A stretch of 64,000 nucleotides of DNA from a virus. Positions 47,034 through 55,648 of the stretch are shown one piece after another (positions within the stretch are counted from its first letter, which is position 1; the number at the start of each line of letters is the position of its first letter). The notes under the pieces are model-generated. The model was not told the origin of the DNA. It ran no database searches and saw only the letters and a program-made list of their open reading frames with translations. The position numbers and the translations under genes are program-made. The stretch spans positions 3,998-67,997 of the IMG/VR virus record IMGVR_UViG_3300035698_003924. One strand, 5' to 3'.

Positions 47034-47248
47034 CCTTTCAGTTGTCGTACGTCCGTCGTAGCCAGAGGCCCGGTGCCGATTACCGTGTGGCCGTGGCCGT
47101 TAGTGTTCGGGTAGACCTTGGGTGTCAGCCCGACTGATTCTAAGAACCGCCCTTCGCTGCCTACCGCAGCATACGGGGCGCGGGAGGACACGACACATAT
47201 TGTCAGTATGCCCGCCGTATCCTGCGTCATTCGTCGCTTGAATAGCAT
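47024..47248 (-). CDS. Hypothetical protein
   Basis: AGGAGG RBS. Confidence 0.55.
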   Translation of the reverse strand: MLFKRRMTQDTAGILTICVVSSRAPYAAVGSEGRFLESVGLTPKVYPNTNGHGHTVIGTGPLATTDVRQLKGWY

Positions 47249-47297
47249 TGAGTATCACCTCCTTTCCTTTCGCTGCGTCGTTGATGGTTCGCTGAAC

Positions 47298-47576
47298 CTA
47301 GCCCCGTTCCGCCTTACGGCGCAGCAGGAGCGCATCCATCTTGAGGTTACGCTCGAAGCCTACGGCCCGGACTTCGTAGCCTTGCCCGTAGGCATTGACT
47401 TCGATACATGGTTTGCTGAACCCTACCCGATACAGCCATTCCGACTGGAGGCGGGCATTGAGGGCCGAGGCGCGGGGTCCGCCCGCACATATGATGCGAA
47501 CGTCGAGTTGCGCCAGCGTACTGTATCGCCCTTGTCGGGACGTGCTACGCACCATCGTCATTTTTACGCCTGCCAT
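47298..47576 (-). CDS. Hypothetical protein
   Basis: AAGGAG RBS within duplicated leader. Confidence 0.55.
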   Translation of the reverse strand: MAGVKMTMVRSTSRQGRYSTLAQLDVRIICAGGPRASALNARLQSEWLYRVGFSKPCIEVNAYGQGYEVRAVGFERNLKMDALLLRRKAERG

Positions 47577-47617
47577 CGCTTCACTCCTTGCAAAAGGTTC
47601 GCTGAACCATCATCGGA

Positions 47618-47872
47618 CTACTTGTACGCGGTGATGCTGATGATGCCTTCGGTGGCGGCACCACATGGCGCACATTCGCAGGCATCGCAGAACAACTCGT
47701 AACAGCAGGTCGGGTCAGCGGGTTGGGTATGCTCCACTGTTTCGATGCCGTCGAACCCGGCTTTTTCCAGCCTTGCGAACTCGCCGCAGGCGGCCTTACG
47801 CTCCACGTCCGTGATGACGGGCGCGGTGATGTGCGCTGTTGCGCGAGTCATTTGTGATCGCGTGATCTTCAC
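47618..47872 (-). CDS. Hypothetical protein
   Basis: GTG start with the same duplicated leader. Confidence 0.55.
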   Translation of the reverse strand: MKITRSQMTRATAHITAPVITDVERKAACGEFARLEKAGFDGIETVEHTQPADPTCCYELFCDACECAPCGAATEGIISITAYK

Positions 47873-48002
47873 GGCTTCACTCCTTGCAAAAGGTTCACAA
47901 AACCATACCCCACAAAGAGGCATTTCAGTGTGTGTGATATTGGGCCTTTGCCGAATTGTACTGTAACTGTGCTAATGCCCGATGGCATCAGCGAAAACGG
48001 CA

Positions 48003-49124
48003 TTACGACTTCGCGGCTGCGAGTGTCGCGGCGTTCTGTTCGTCACAGATCGCCTTGTACTTCGCTTCGACGGCAGCCCAGAGCTTTTTGTCCATGCGGC
48101 TGACGGTCTCGGCGACCACGGCCAGATGCTCCAATGCCGCGTATTCGGCATTGTCCACGCCCTGCGTGTACTGCAAGGCGGCCTGCATGATGGCCGAGTC
48201 CGACGACTGCACCTTGTCGTCAACGTCCGACGCCTTGCGGCGCTTGGGCGTATCGTCCTTCGGTGCCGTCGCGGCCTTGAGCGCATCATCTTCCAACTTC
48301 TTCCACGCGGTGAGGTACTGGACACCCGGCGTGTCCAACTTGGGGCTTGGGGTGCCTTTGTCCTCAACGTCGGCATTCCAGGCCTTGTTGAGCGCGGCGA
48401 TCTGAGTCTCGTTGATGCTGAGTCCCTTCTCGCCGTTGTAGTTCCGCAGGAACGCCGAACGCACCTGCACCGGCAGCTTGGGGATCATCCGCAACTTCTG
48501 GATGCTCCCACGGCGAATGTCAAACAGCTTACCGTCCCACAACTTCTGAGCGGCGTTCACTGTCTGAGCGATCACCAGTTTGTCCGTGATGCCCTCAAGG
48601 GCGGTGTCGCGCTCGGTGAAAACGGCGTCGAGCTTGTCTTGCACCTTCTTGGACAGCGGACAAACGCTGTCGAGCAACGTCGCCAAGTGCATGATAGTTT
48701 CCTTCTCCGGCCTGCCGAATGCTTCCAGCTCAAGGAACAGCTCGCCCTTATTTGACAGGGGCTTGCCATTACCGTGATCGGCCAGCAGGATCATCTCTTC
48801 GGCGAGGGACAGTCCCGTGAGAACTTTCGCGGGAATACCCTTCTTGAAGTGAAGGGCGAACGCCTGAGCGTTGGTCTCGTGAATTTCCGTCAATGCGGCA
48901 TGGCGGAGATGCCCACGAACGCCAACGATGCTACCGTCCTCACGCTGTGACAGAACCAGTTCCTTCTCCAGGCCAACTTCGACGATGGAGGGAACTAAGT
49001 TCCCGTACGTCTTGTCAATACGCGAGTTCCTGTCCTGATCGAACGTGAAAGTCTCGAACTTGGGATGGGTGACGGGGGTCTCAAGCACCTTCTTGTTCAG
49101 GAGGGCGATGTTGATGGTAGACAT
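48003..49124 (-). CDS. Third, divergent ParB N-terminal-like domain protein
   Basis: NSR..LVPSIVEVGLEKEL..VRGHLRHAAL resembles the ParB GxxRxxA motif; AAAGGAAAG RBS before 49124. Confidence 0.6.
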   Translation of the reverse strand: MSTINIALLNKKVLETPVTHPKFETFTFDQDRNSRIDKTYGNLVPSIVEVGLEKELVLSQREDGSIVGVRGHLRHAALTEIHETNAQAFALHFKKGIPAKVLTGLSLAEEMILLADHGNGKPLSNKGELFLELEAFGRPEKETIMHLATLLDSVCPLSKKVQDKLDAVFTERDTALEGITDKLVIAQTVNAAQKLWDGKLFDIRRGSIQKLRMIPKLPVQVRSAFLRNYNGEKGLSINETQIAALNKAWNADVEDKGTPSPKLDTPGVQYLTAWKKLEDDALKAATAPKDDTPKRRKASDVDDKVQSSDSAIMQAALQYTQGVDNAEYAALEHLAVVAETVSRMDKKLWAAVEAKYKAICDEQNAATLAAAKS

Positions 49125-49381
49125 AGTGACTTTCCTTTGCATTGAGCAAAGGCCCAATATGTCACACACTGTAGCCTAATTTGACGTGATATGGTTAGAA
49201 AAACCATCACGCCCTTATTGGCCTAGACCGGGCGACCTGCATAGCCGGCAGGTTATCGCCTCAAGCGTCCACATACATACTTTGACTATATCGTCGGCTT
49301 GTCGCCATGCCACAAGGCGACTACCGGGTAGAAAGACTAGCGGCGCCATAGTCCACATATAGGGGCTATGGTGTCGGCAGT

Positions 49382-49756
49382 CTAGGCTAACAGGTTACCG
49401 TAAAGGACAGCGGCAGACTTCGGCATAGCTCGGCAATGGCTGTTGAAATGCGCCAGTTCACGGTCTAACTCTTTACGGCATCGTCGTACCGTCAATTCAT
49501 CGACCCGCATGGGGTACAATGCCGCTTTTTTGTCAATGGCAGACCCTACGGCAGCCACCGGAACTGGCACATATGTCCCATCTCGTTTGGCTTGTGCGTT
49601 GACAAGCCCTAGCATGCGCTTATGTGTAGCGGTATCGGCGGAGCGTTGGAATAGTACCGCTCTATCTGCCCGCTTGATCTTGCGCGTCAATGCATCCTCA
49701 GACTTGATCTTCAGCGTCAATAATCCGGCTCGACTATCACGGTGTACTTTTGCCAT
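49382..49756 (-). CDS. Basic hypothetical protein
   Basis: AAAGGA RBS. Confidence 0.55.
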   Translation of the reverse strand: MAKVHRDSRAGLLTLKIKSEDALTRKIKRADRAVLFQRSADTATHKRMLGLVNAQAKRDGTYVPVPVAAVGSAIDKKAALYPMRVDELTVRRCRKELDRELAHFNSHCRAMPKSAAVLYGNLLA

Positions 49757-49772
49757 CGGGGTATCCTTTCAG

Positions 49773-50018
49773 TTATACAATACCATACTCGTTGACGATA
49801 CTTTCCAACTTCGCACAAGCCAACTTACAGAGCCGGAGTTGGTGGCCACGTTGACAGGCTAGCATCTTTGAATAGTAAGGTATCTCGGTATAGAGATACC
49901 TATTGCGTAGCAGTAAAATTTCGCGTAGTAGCTCGTTGCTACGGTGTATCTGCATATAGTCTTCAGACTGACTGCGCAGACTCCGTATCTTTGCAAAGCG
50001 TTTGCGCCAGAATAGCAT
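49773..50018 (-). CDS. Hypothetical protein
   Basis: GGAG RBS within duplicated leader. Confidence 0.5.
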   Translation of the reverse strand: MLFWRKRFAKIRSLRSQSEDYMQIHRSNELLREILLLRNRYLYTEIPYYSKMLACQRGHQLRLCKLACAKLESIVNEYGIV

Positions 50019-50066
50019 GCCAAAACTCCAGAAAAGTGTTTTCTTGTATGCTTCTTTGGCCTATCC

Positions 50067-50264
50067 TCAGAAGGATGCTAGAACGCTACGCGACGTGGCG
50101 ACGCCCCGGCGGTTACAGTCTGCAACATACTCGTCAATTTTGCGGCAGGCATCGTCACAGCGTTTCTGAATATCTGCAATGGCTCGCCGCTCGCGAATAA
50201 CATACTCGCGTCGCGCTATCTGCGTTGCCAACTCATCTTCGGATAATTCGCAGAATATCATCAT
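50067..50264 (-). CDS. Hypothetical protein, first gene after the sigma54-like promoter
   Basis: GGAG RBS within duplicated leader. Confidence 0.5.
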   Translation of the reverse strand: MMIFCELSEDELATQIARREYVIRERRAIADIQKRCDDACRKIDEYVADCNRRGVATSRSVLASF

Positions 50265-50328
50265 GCCGAAACTCCATAAAAAGTGTTTTCTTGTATGCTT
50301 CTTTTTCTCCTTCTTACGACTTACCTAT

Positions 50329-50344
50329 AGCAATGCCCGTGCCA
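50329..50344 (-). promoter_or_regulatory. sigma54 (-24/-12) promoter
   Basis: Minus strand TGGCACGGGCATTGCT matches TGGCACG-N4-TTGCW; ~65 bp upstream of the first leftward gene. Confidence 0.75.
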
Positions 50345-50381
50345 AAGAAATAATTATCTGAGAATGTTTCAGAAAACCAGA

Positions 50382-50429
50382 CCACAATATGTAGTGGTGA
50401 CGGAAAACTGACACCCCTACATATAGTAT
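50382..50429. promoter_or_regulatory. Tandem NrdR-like boxes
   Basis: CCACAATATGTAGTGG (50382) and CCCCTACATATAGTAT (50414), 32 bp apart. Confidence 0.6.
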
Positions 50430-50849
50430 TTCTTCGCCAACTTTCATAATCATATTACAGATAGTCAACCGAGTTTACCTCATAAGCCACTGGTATCAAA
50501 CGACTTAGGACAATTAACCAGACTTCTTTTGTCCAGGTATCTGGACACGCGAGTCCAGAATTCTGTACTACACGTTACGGGGGGACTTAGGAAACGGTTG
50601 TCCTAACATGTTGGTACGACACGAGTTACGACACGCCGACCGACCTACATAAAATGTAGCTCGACCTACAATCCATGTAGGTTTCGAGAGAAAAGTAAGG
50701 AATTGTAACTCACTGGTATCAATGGACTTATGACAATCACTTTGTTATCGGACGCGACTTGTCGTAAAACCTACAAAACAAACAACTTGTGACAAGACAC
50801 AAGTTTCCAGTGTCTTGTGGCATGATATGTGCGTACCGTCCCCGGTGGG

Positions 50850-50865
50850 TGCAAATACCGTGCCA
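50850..50865 (-). promoter_or_regulatory. Second sigma54 (-24/-12) site
   Basis: Minus strand TGGCACGGTATTTGCA, consensus match. Confidence 0.7.
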
Positions 50866-50956
50866 GGTTCAAAAAAATCTTGGGGTGGCCCGATTCCCCT
50901 ATTGACCGAGAATTTTCGGATTTTTTGGATTTGGGATTGGTGCGGTGAATCAGCAC

Positions 50957-51085
50957 CGGGTAACGGGCCTCTGGCTACAATATACGGGTAACGGGCCTCT
51001 GGCTACAATATACGGGTAACGGGCCTCTGTATGCGGGCCTCTGTATGCGGGCCTCTGTGTACGGGCCTCTGTACGCGGGCCTCTG
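50957..51085. repeat. Array of CGGGCCTCTG x7 in 28- and 14-bp units upstream of the terminase genes
   Basis: Cores at 50964, 50992, 51020, 51034, 51048, 51062, 51076. Confidence 0.95.
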
Positions 51086-51202
51086 GCACCGGGTAGCCCG
51101 TGTCTTGTCACCCGGTCCCCGCACCATAACTGTGTAGACGTGATTCCGTATTCTCGACTAAAAATTTTCCCAAATTTTTATTTATATTATTCAACCCCCC
51201 TA

Positions 51203-51213
51203 CCTTATAATAG
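51203..51213 (+). promoter_or_regulatory. CCTTATAATAG promoter for the morphogenesis operon
   Basis: Identical to the 11-mers at 20985 and 21172. Confidence 0.65.
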
Positions 51214-51283
51214 TATGTAAGGTTGCCTTGTCACGGCGGCCAAGAGCTGATTTTAATCTTCGACGAAGAATCGGAAGCATATT

Positions 51284-51919
51284 ATGAGCGAGCATGATTC
51301 AGCAAACCCAGTACCCGCACCCGAAAGCGACGCGGTACCCATGGAGACTCACTCCTCCGCTTGGGGCGACATCACTGAACCAGTAGACCCCACCCAAATA
51401 AAAAGAGCCGAGCCTGATTCACCTAATCGTTGTCAGGCCGCCGTGGCTATGGGCCAGTGTCCTAACGAAATTGCGCTCGGCGCCACAACCTGTCGTGTAC
51501 ATGGTGGCGCGGCCCAACAAGCTAATGCCGCTAAAGCCTCACTCCGTAACTATCAGGTCGGCAAGTATCAGGCCCGTCTCGAACGTTTCTCCAGCTCCGA
51601 CGTGATTAAATCGCTGCGCGAGGAGATTGGTATCTTGCGACTGTTGATCGAGACAATGTTTGAGAAGTGCCAGGACAGCCACGACTTGCTCCTACAGTCG
51701 GGGCCGATTGCTGATTTGGTAATGAAGGTCGAGAAAACCGTTGTCTCGTGTCACACCTTAGAGGGCAAGTTGAAGCAGGTCCTCGACAAGCAGGCACTGA
51801 TTCAGTTCGCCGGTGAGGTAGTTGGCATCGTCGGCGACGCGCTACCCGAAGCTCCCGATAAGATTGACGAAATCTCTAATGGCATTTTGGCCCTAATTGG
51901 CCGTCTAGGTGAGGAATAA
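51284..51919 (+). CDS. Probable terminase small subunit
   Basis: RC..C..CRVHGG motif, SLREEIGILR; position before TerL. Confidence 0.65.
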   Translation: MSEHDSANPVPAPESDAVPMETHSSAWGDITEPVDPTQIKRAEPDSPNRCQAAVAMGQCPNEIALGATTCRVHGGAAQQANAAKASLRNYQVGKYQARLERFSSSDVIKSLREEIGILRLLIETMFEKCQDSHDLLLQSGPIADLVMKVEKTVVSCHTLEGKLKQVLDKQALIQFAGEVVGIVGDALPEAPDKIDEISNGILALIGRLGEE

Positions 51920-51922
51920 CCG

Positions 51923-52243
51923 ATGTGTAAGTGTAACGACGTCAACGTATACGAACTGCCCGACTCAATTCGTGGCGTGAACAAGACTCACTCCTCAGCA
52001 GGTACTGCCGAGGAAATCATCGGTACCCCGCCGTTCACCGAGGGTGCGACGATTCGTATCTCTGACGGTGGCGCGGCCCCGATCTTCGTGGGTTCCACGA
52101 AAATCGAGGCCCAGGCGCATAAGCTCGGCACCGATGCCGTAGGCCTGCTTACCTTCCGCTTACAAGGCAACAAAACCACATTCTGGGTCGATACGGCCAC
52201 AAGCAACAATTATCAGGCCACTCAGATTTCTATCGTGAAGTAG
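51923..52243 (+). CDS. Hypothetical beta-rich protein between TerS and TerL
   Basis: GAGG RBS. Confidence 0.55.
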   Translation: MCKCNDVNVYELPDSIRGVNKTHSSAGTAEEIIGTPPFTEGATIRISDGGAAPIFVGSTKIEAQAHKLGTDAVGLLTFRLQGNKTTFWVDTATSNNYQATQISIVK

Positions 52244-52257
52244 CCCAACGGTAACCC

Positions 52258-53943
52258 ATGACCCAACTCGCGCCCACAAAGAATACCAGCGTGTTATACA
52301 AGCTCATGGCTGAACGTATACACTCTGGTCTCAAGCGTAAATCGACTACGACGTGTAGCCGGTGGGCCAAGAATTATCGAATCATGGGCCAGCCGTTCCC
52401 GGGACCGTGGACCTTTGACCATCACCCGTGGGCTAAAGGGATGCACGACGCCGACGAACAGCTCATTGTGGGTATGAAGGCCGCCCAGATGGGCTTCACT
52501 GAAGTCTGCTTGAATAAATCATTCTTCAGTATCGACGTGCATGGGTATTCCGTGCTGTATGTTCTCCCGGCGCTGAACCCGGATGCCTCTAACTTCTCAA
52601 CATCTCGTTTCGACCCCGCACTAGAGATGTCGCCGTACCTGTCCAGCTTATTCTCCAACGTCAAGAACGTCGGTCATAAGCGGGCAGGTAACGCTAATCT
52701 CTTCATCCGTGGCTCTCGTTCCCGCGCGAATCTCAAATCGCTACCGGTCGCCCGTCTGGTGTTCGATGAAGTCGATGAGATGGTTCAGGCGAACATACCT
52801 CTCGCCCTGGAGCGTCAGTCTGGCCAGACTCAGAAGTGGGTAGATATGATTTCCACGCCTACCGTAGATGGTATGGGCATCGACGTCTATTATAATGAAT
52901 CAACGCAGGATCACTTCTTCTTCAGGTGTCCGGGCTGTAGCAAGTTCATCGAGCTGCTGTTCCCAGATTCGCTGGTCATCACCGCTGAGAGCCTACACGA
53001 CCCCAAGTTACAGGACACGCACATCATTTGCACCTCATGCTCGAAAGTCTTGGACCATAAGGCTAAGTCCGAGTGGCTCACCCTAGATAACACGAGATGG
53101 ATCCCGACATTTGAGGGCCGGGCCTCCAGAGGCTTCTACGTGAATCAGCTCTACTCGTTCACGGTCTCTCCGCAAGAGCTGGCCGTATCATACCTCAAGG
53201 GCCAGATCAATCCGGCCGACGAGCAGGAGTTCTTCAACTCCAAGATGGGCGTAACCCACGTCACACAGGGTGCGCGAATCATGGAGACAGACATTCAGAG
53301 CTGTATAGGCTCCTACATCTCCCCGCTTACTGTGGACAGCTCGGAGCTTATAACGATAGGGATTGACGTCGGTAAGTGGCTCCACTATGAAATCACGCAA
53401 TGGTCCTTTCCCGATGGTAATATCCATAACGACCTTTCTTTGTCCGCCGTACCTCGTGTCCTTACCGCTGGCAAAGTTCTCGAGTTCCACGAGCTGGATG
53501 ACCTGCTGATTGACTACCGCGTGGTCTTTGGTGTGATTGACGCGAATCCGGAGAAGCGCAAAGCGTTGGAGTTCGCGAAAAGATACGAAGGCCGGATCAA
53601 ACTCTGTTACTATACACGCGGGAAGTCCGGTCGGAGTATCACGACACATGCGGAAGAAGAATACACCATCTCCGTAGACAGATCATCGTGGATGGAGGCG
53701 GCCCTCGGAAGATTCCGGGCCAACAGAATCACCATCCCAAGAGACATATCCCAGGAATACCGGGACCATCTGCAGGCCGTAGTGAAAATCTACGAGAAGG
53801 ACGCCGATGGTAACCCCACCGCCAAGTTCGTAACAGGCCAGAATGTCCCCGATCACTTTGCACATGCACGGACGTATAGTGAGCTGGCATTACAGTTCGC
53901 GGCCAGCATGTCCGCCTCAGAGTCTATAACAGGTGTCTACTAA
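52258..53943 (+). CDS. terL: Terminase large subunit (lambda GpA family)
   Basis: KAAQMGFT, FDEVD, ISTPT, RCPGC, GIDVG, DHFAHA. Confidence 0.92.
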   Translation: MTQLAPTKNTSVLYKLMAERIHSGLKRKSTTTCSRWAKNYRIMGQPFPGPWTFDHHPWAKGMHDADEQLIVGMKAAQMGFTEVCLNKSFFSIDVHGYSVLYVLPALNPDASNFSTSRFDPALEMSPYLSSLFSNVKNVGHKRAGNANLFIRGSRSRANLKSLPVARLVFDEVDEMVQANIPLALERQSGQTQKWVDMISTPTVDGMGIDVYYNESTQDHFFFRCPGCSKFIELLFPDSLVITAESLHDPKLQDTHIICTSCSKVLDHKAKSEWLTLDNTRWIPTFEGRASRGFYVNQLYSFTVSPQELAVSYLKGQINPADEQEFFNSKMGVTHVTQGARIMETDIQSCIGSYISPLTVDSSELITIGIDVGKWLHYEITQWSFPDGNIHNDLSLSAVPRVLTAGKVLEFHELDDLLIDYRVVFGVIDANPEKRKALEFAKRYEGRIKLCYYTRGKSGRSITTHAEEEYTISVDRSSWMEAALGRFRANRITIPRDISQEYRDHLQAVVKIYEKDADGNPTAKFVTGQNVPDHFAHARTYSELALQFAASMSASESITGVY

Positions 53944-55646
53944 TGGCTACGAACTTCAAGATTAACCAAATCGTGCACCCCGAGTATGCCGCAAACATCG
54001 CGAGTTGGGAGAAATACCGGGATACGTATGCTGGCGGTTCCCAGTTCGTAGAGAAGTACGTCAAGAAGTTCAGTCTCCGCGAGGAACAGACAGATTTCAC
54101 AGCTCGTAAGGCACTAAGTTACTGCTCCGCCCACGCGAAGGCCGCTTTGATCGACGTTAGGAACGCTATTTTCCAGCGTATGCGGGATATCACGCGCGAA
54201 GGCGGCTCACCGTCGTTCCAGGAGGCCGTTGTCGGTGAAAGTGGCGGCGTGAATCGCTCTAACAGTACAATGAATCACTTCTTGGGCAAAGAAGTGCTCC
54301 CAGAGCTACTGGTAGAGGGCAAAGTAGGCGTATACCTGGACCGTGGCACCCAGTCTGCGGATACATCACTACTTGAGTCCCGTCAGAACATGCCGTATAT
54401 GTACATTTACCCCGCGGAGTCCATCAGATCTTGGACATACGGCCCCGATCTGGAACTTACGGACCTTTTGCTTGAGGATACGGTCGAGATAGTCGATGAT
54501 GCAACAAATCTGACCGTCGGCACCGAAATGCGTTTCCGCCTGCTCAAACGCACCCCCGCCGGCGTCGAGGTCACATTCTACGATGCAAATGGCGACCCGA
54601 TCCTGGACGACGCGTTACTCACTGGCACCCTAGTCCTCAATCTGCCGCGGATACCTTTCGTGATCTTCGAAATCAGCCAGTCCCTGCTGACAGACATCGC
54701 GGATCAGCAGATCGCCCTAACAAACTTGGTCAGCTCGGACATGAACTACTGTACACGTAGCGGTTTCCCGATCTACGTGGAGCAGTTCAATCCGCTCTCG
54801 AATTTTGAGGATTTACGCCGAGCTGACGTAGCTCGTACTGGGGCAGAAGGCGGCACAGCTGATGAAGCACCGAAAGCCAAGCCGAATGAAATCAATACCG
54901 GCGTAGCTCAGGGTCGCAGGTATCCTAAAGGTCTGGAAGCGCCCACATTCATCCATCCGTCGCCGCAGCCGCTACTCGCGAGCATGGAGAAGCAGGAGCA
55001 GATTAAGCAGGACATCCGCCAGAATATCAATCTCGCCCTCACCAACATCGACCCCAAGCGCGCTTCAGCTGAATCAAAACAGGTAGATGAGCGTGGCTTA
55101 GAGGCCGGTCTCTCGTATATTGGCCTCGTCCTACAACACGGCGAGATGCAATTGGGTGAGATGTGGGCGCGGTATGAGCGTACCGATGCCGTCCCCACCA
55201 TCACCTACCCGTCGAATTACTCACTCCGTACTGATGAGCAGCGCGCCGAAGAAGCTGATGGTCTGCTCGAAATGCTGCCGAAGGTTCCGTCAATCACTTA
55301 CCAGAAGACACTGGCCAAACGCGCCGCTGCACTGGTTATTGGTCACCGTGTCACGACGGATACGCTGCGCGCTATCGAGGGCGAAATCGATAAAGCCCAG
55401 GTCATTGATATTGACCCCAAGCGACTGATAGAGGACCATGAGGCCGGACTGGTCTCCACAGAGACCACCTCAAGTGCCCGCCTCTACCCGGATGGTGAAG
55501 TCGAAAAGGCCAGTAAGAACCACGCAGAACGTTTGGCACGGATTCAGGATGCGCAGACACCTGTTGGCGTCATACCAACTAATCCCGCCGCCCGTGGTAT
55601 CCCGGACGGTGCTGTTACTCCCGTCGCTGAAGCTAAGAAGGAATAA
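53943..55646 (+). CDS. Portal protein
   Basis: HPEY...W..YRD.Y.G N-terminus; follows TerL; 567 aa. Confidence 0.85.
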   Translation: MATNFKINQIVHPEYAANIASWEKYRDTYAGGSQFVEKYVKKFSLREEQTDFTARKALSYCSAHAKAALIDVRNAIFQRMRDITREGGSPSFQEAVVGESGGVNRSNSTMNHFLGKEVLPELLVEGKVGVYLDRGTQSADTSLLESRQNMPYMYIYPAESIRSWTYGPDLELTDLLLEDTVEIVDDATNLTVGTEMRFRLLKRTPAGVEVTFYDANGDPILDDALLTGTLVLNLPRIPFVIFEISQSLLTDIADQQIALTNLVSSDMNYCTRSGFPIYVEQFNPLSNFEDLRRADVARTGAEGGTADEAPKAKPNEINTGVAQGRRYPKGLEAPTFIHPSPQPLLASMEKQEQIKQDIRQNINLALTNIDPKRASAESKQVDERGLEAGLSYIGLVLQHGEMQLGEMWARYERTDAVPTITYPSNYSLRTDEQRAEEADGLLEMLPKVPSITYQKTLAKRAAALVIGHRVTTDTLRAIEGEIDKAQVIDIDPKRLIEDHEAGLVSTETTSSARLYPDGEVEKASKNHAERLARIQDAQTPVGVIPTNPAARGIPDGAVTPVAEAKKE

Positions 55647-55648
55647 TC

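Noticed and set aside
47926-49171. IS element defined by terminal inverted repeats
   Set aside because: The enclosed protein shows no transposase motifs and no target-site duplication is evident; kept only as an unexplained inverted repeat
50957-51085. Possible CRISPR array
   Set aside because: Units are 14-28 bp tandem copies with no unique spacers, and there is no cas operon
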